Positions 62,131 to 64,000 of a DNA stretch of 64,000 bases are shown piece after piece. The position numbers and the translations under genes were made by a program. The notes below the pieces were generated by a model. That model had not been told where the DNA came from, made no database searches, and worked only from the letters and a program-made list of their open reading frames with translations. The DNA is from Lama guanicoe (taxonomy: Eukaryota): assembly GCA_013239625.1 (NCBI GenBank), contig MU054187.1, positions 3,297,757 through 3,361,756 of the forward strand, read 5' to 3'. Position 1 is the first letter of the stretch. Every line of letters begins with the position of its first letter.

Positions 62131-64000
62131 CCGAATGTTTGGGAGGTGGTGACTTCAGCTGGTGGCTTCCACACCATGTGAATGCTGCTCATCCTTTCTG
62201 GTTACACTTCAGTTCATAAGGAGCTCTCTCAGGAAGTCATGACCCGGGGGTACAGAGTGTGCGGTGGGGAGCTAGCACATCCCTCACCTGGACACCAGCG
62301 CTGGCCATCCTGACCCTGTATTTATACTGCACTTTTTAGAGCCCCGTGTCCCACGCTACAGCCTCTTTTTCCTGTGAACCATATTGGAGCTACCAGTAAG
62401 AAAGTGACTTCTTAATAGGGTTCATCTATTCTCTTCAACTTTCTCTGGTTGTCATTAATGATAAATTTAAAGTGTCAAGATATTTTTAAAACATGATATC
62501 TCCATCTACCATGTAAGTGTGACCTAACCACACCACGCCTGTGGCATTCACTTAACCATCGAGCTGAGATTTTCCAGAATAGAAAATTTCCAATATGAAA
62601 ACGGAGAGAAAAATTGTATACTGCGAACAGAACCTCAGGGAACTGAGAGATCCCCAGGTGAGAGCAGGTCGTCAGTACACGACTGTCCTACATAACCGTC
62701 CTGAGAGCTCCCACTAGCCAGGTGTCCCAGAGACGGAATTATCCCTCGTGCTCCTATGGACAAAAACTCTGCACCAGCTTGATTAGATACAATGCCTACA
62801 ACTCATACGTTTCCAGTAACACCAAGAAACTGGGCCATAAATGGCAAAGTAAGCTTGGTAATGCAGACCATGTGCAAGTCAAAGAATATATCATTTCTTG
62901 GAAATACATGAAGCTTCAAGAACTAAAATCCTCCTAAAAGACATGGACTTAAAAGTCTCCTTGCTGTAAAAGAGCAATTGAATTATAAAAAGAGACTCGG
63001 CCTTTTTAGAGAGGCTCACATTTAAAGGTCTTGGACACCACAATGGGTGCTGGGTCCTGATCAGGAACCAGTTATTGGACAACCAAATCCTGCAGCCTCA
63101 GCTGGTCTAAGGAAGTATTCTTTTCGTCTTAGGTCTCTTAAAACTCTGCAACTCTAGGAAGGCATCTCCAGAAAAATATAAGAAATCAGCCCAGCGATCC
63201 ATGGCATTAACACATTTGCAGCTGGTATTATCAAGTGTAATCAATTTGGTAATTATCACTGTACTTTCATGCAGGTTCTTCTGCTTCTTAAGGTGTTTGA
63301 AGCATTGGATGGGCGAAATCCATGCTCTTATTTAACGTTTTAGAAGAGTTGGATTAAATAAGTTTGCAATCAATGCTTCAGCATTTGGATAATTTAACTT
63401 GTTAAATGCCTATGTTTTGATTTACTCATCTTAGGCAACATGTAAATACTCAGAGGACTATTAATCATTTATGTTTAATGTTTGAAGGCATTTAAAAATA
63501 AATTATAATATTAATAAAATGGACATTAAATAAAATATAAATGTGTTATTTACTGTTTGAAGTGCTTTTGCTCACTGAGAAGAATCCAGTCAGTAATTTT
63601 TTATAAAGTTCTACAGCAGAGGCGGACAAAGCCTAGGAGGAAACCGACCTTTCACGCGTACTTCGTAATATCATGTGGCGTATGCTCAAGTTCCAACAGC
63701 TAGATTTTTGCCTGTCGTATCCCAAGTCCCATTTTCAACAGATCAAATTCAATCCAGTTCGGACAAAAGAATGACATACCGTTGTCTCAACAGCGGGAGG
63801 CACAGCTCAAGGAGGAAGGTCGTCTCCGCCTTCCTGACTGAGATCCACGCCCCACGGGAAACACGTGTGATGCCTGATTGTTTCCCTTTTGAGTGTCTGT
63901 GTCTGAGCTCCTCTGCCAGGCTGGCAAGGGGCCCCACACCAGGGACAACCAGGTATCAGGTAAACAGACACAGAACAAGAGGCCAAGAAGACAGACCAAC

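Overview
Mammalian genomic DNA, most likely from a camelid, judged from three vic-1-like tRNA-derived SINEs and the style of the L1 3' ends. The only protein-coding feature I can support is the terminal coding exon of XKR4 (+ strand, 10655-11601), a caspase-activated phospholipid scramblase; bases 1-10654 are the end of the preceding intron. After the stop codon comes about 16.7 kb of transposon-poor sequence with a proximal poly(A) signal (13115) and a well-formed distal one (28321-28330), best read as a very long, alternatively polyadenylated 3' UTR. It contains candidate internal splice sites, a G-quadruplex-forming minisatellite and Pumilio elements. The remainder (about 28.4-64 kb) is intergenic with many decayed L1, L2, MIR, MLT1, LTR16, Tigger and Charlie elements, an orphan CpG island (33.6-34.6 kb), homeodomain/PBX-HOX motif clusters and some unexplained local repeats. 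Patchy GC/CpG enrichment suggests GC-biased gene conversion. I found no prokaryotic-type system and no convincing new gene. Repeat family names and cross-species comparisons come from my recollection of consensus sequences and annotations and were not verified by any search.
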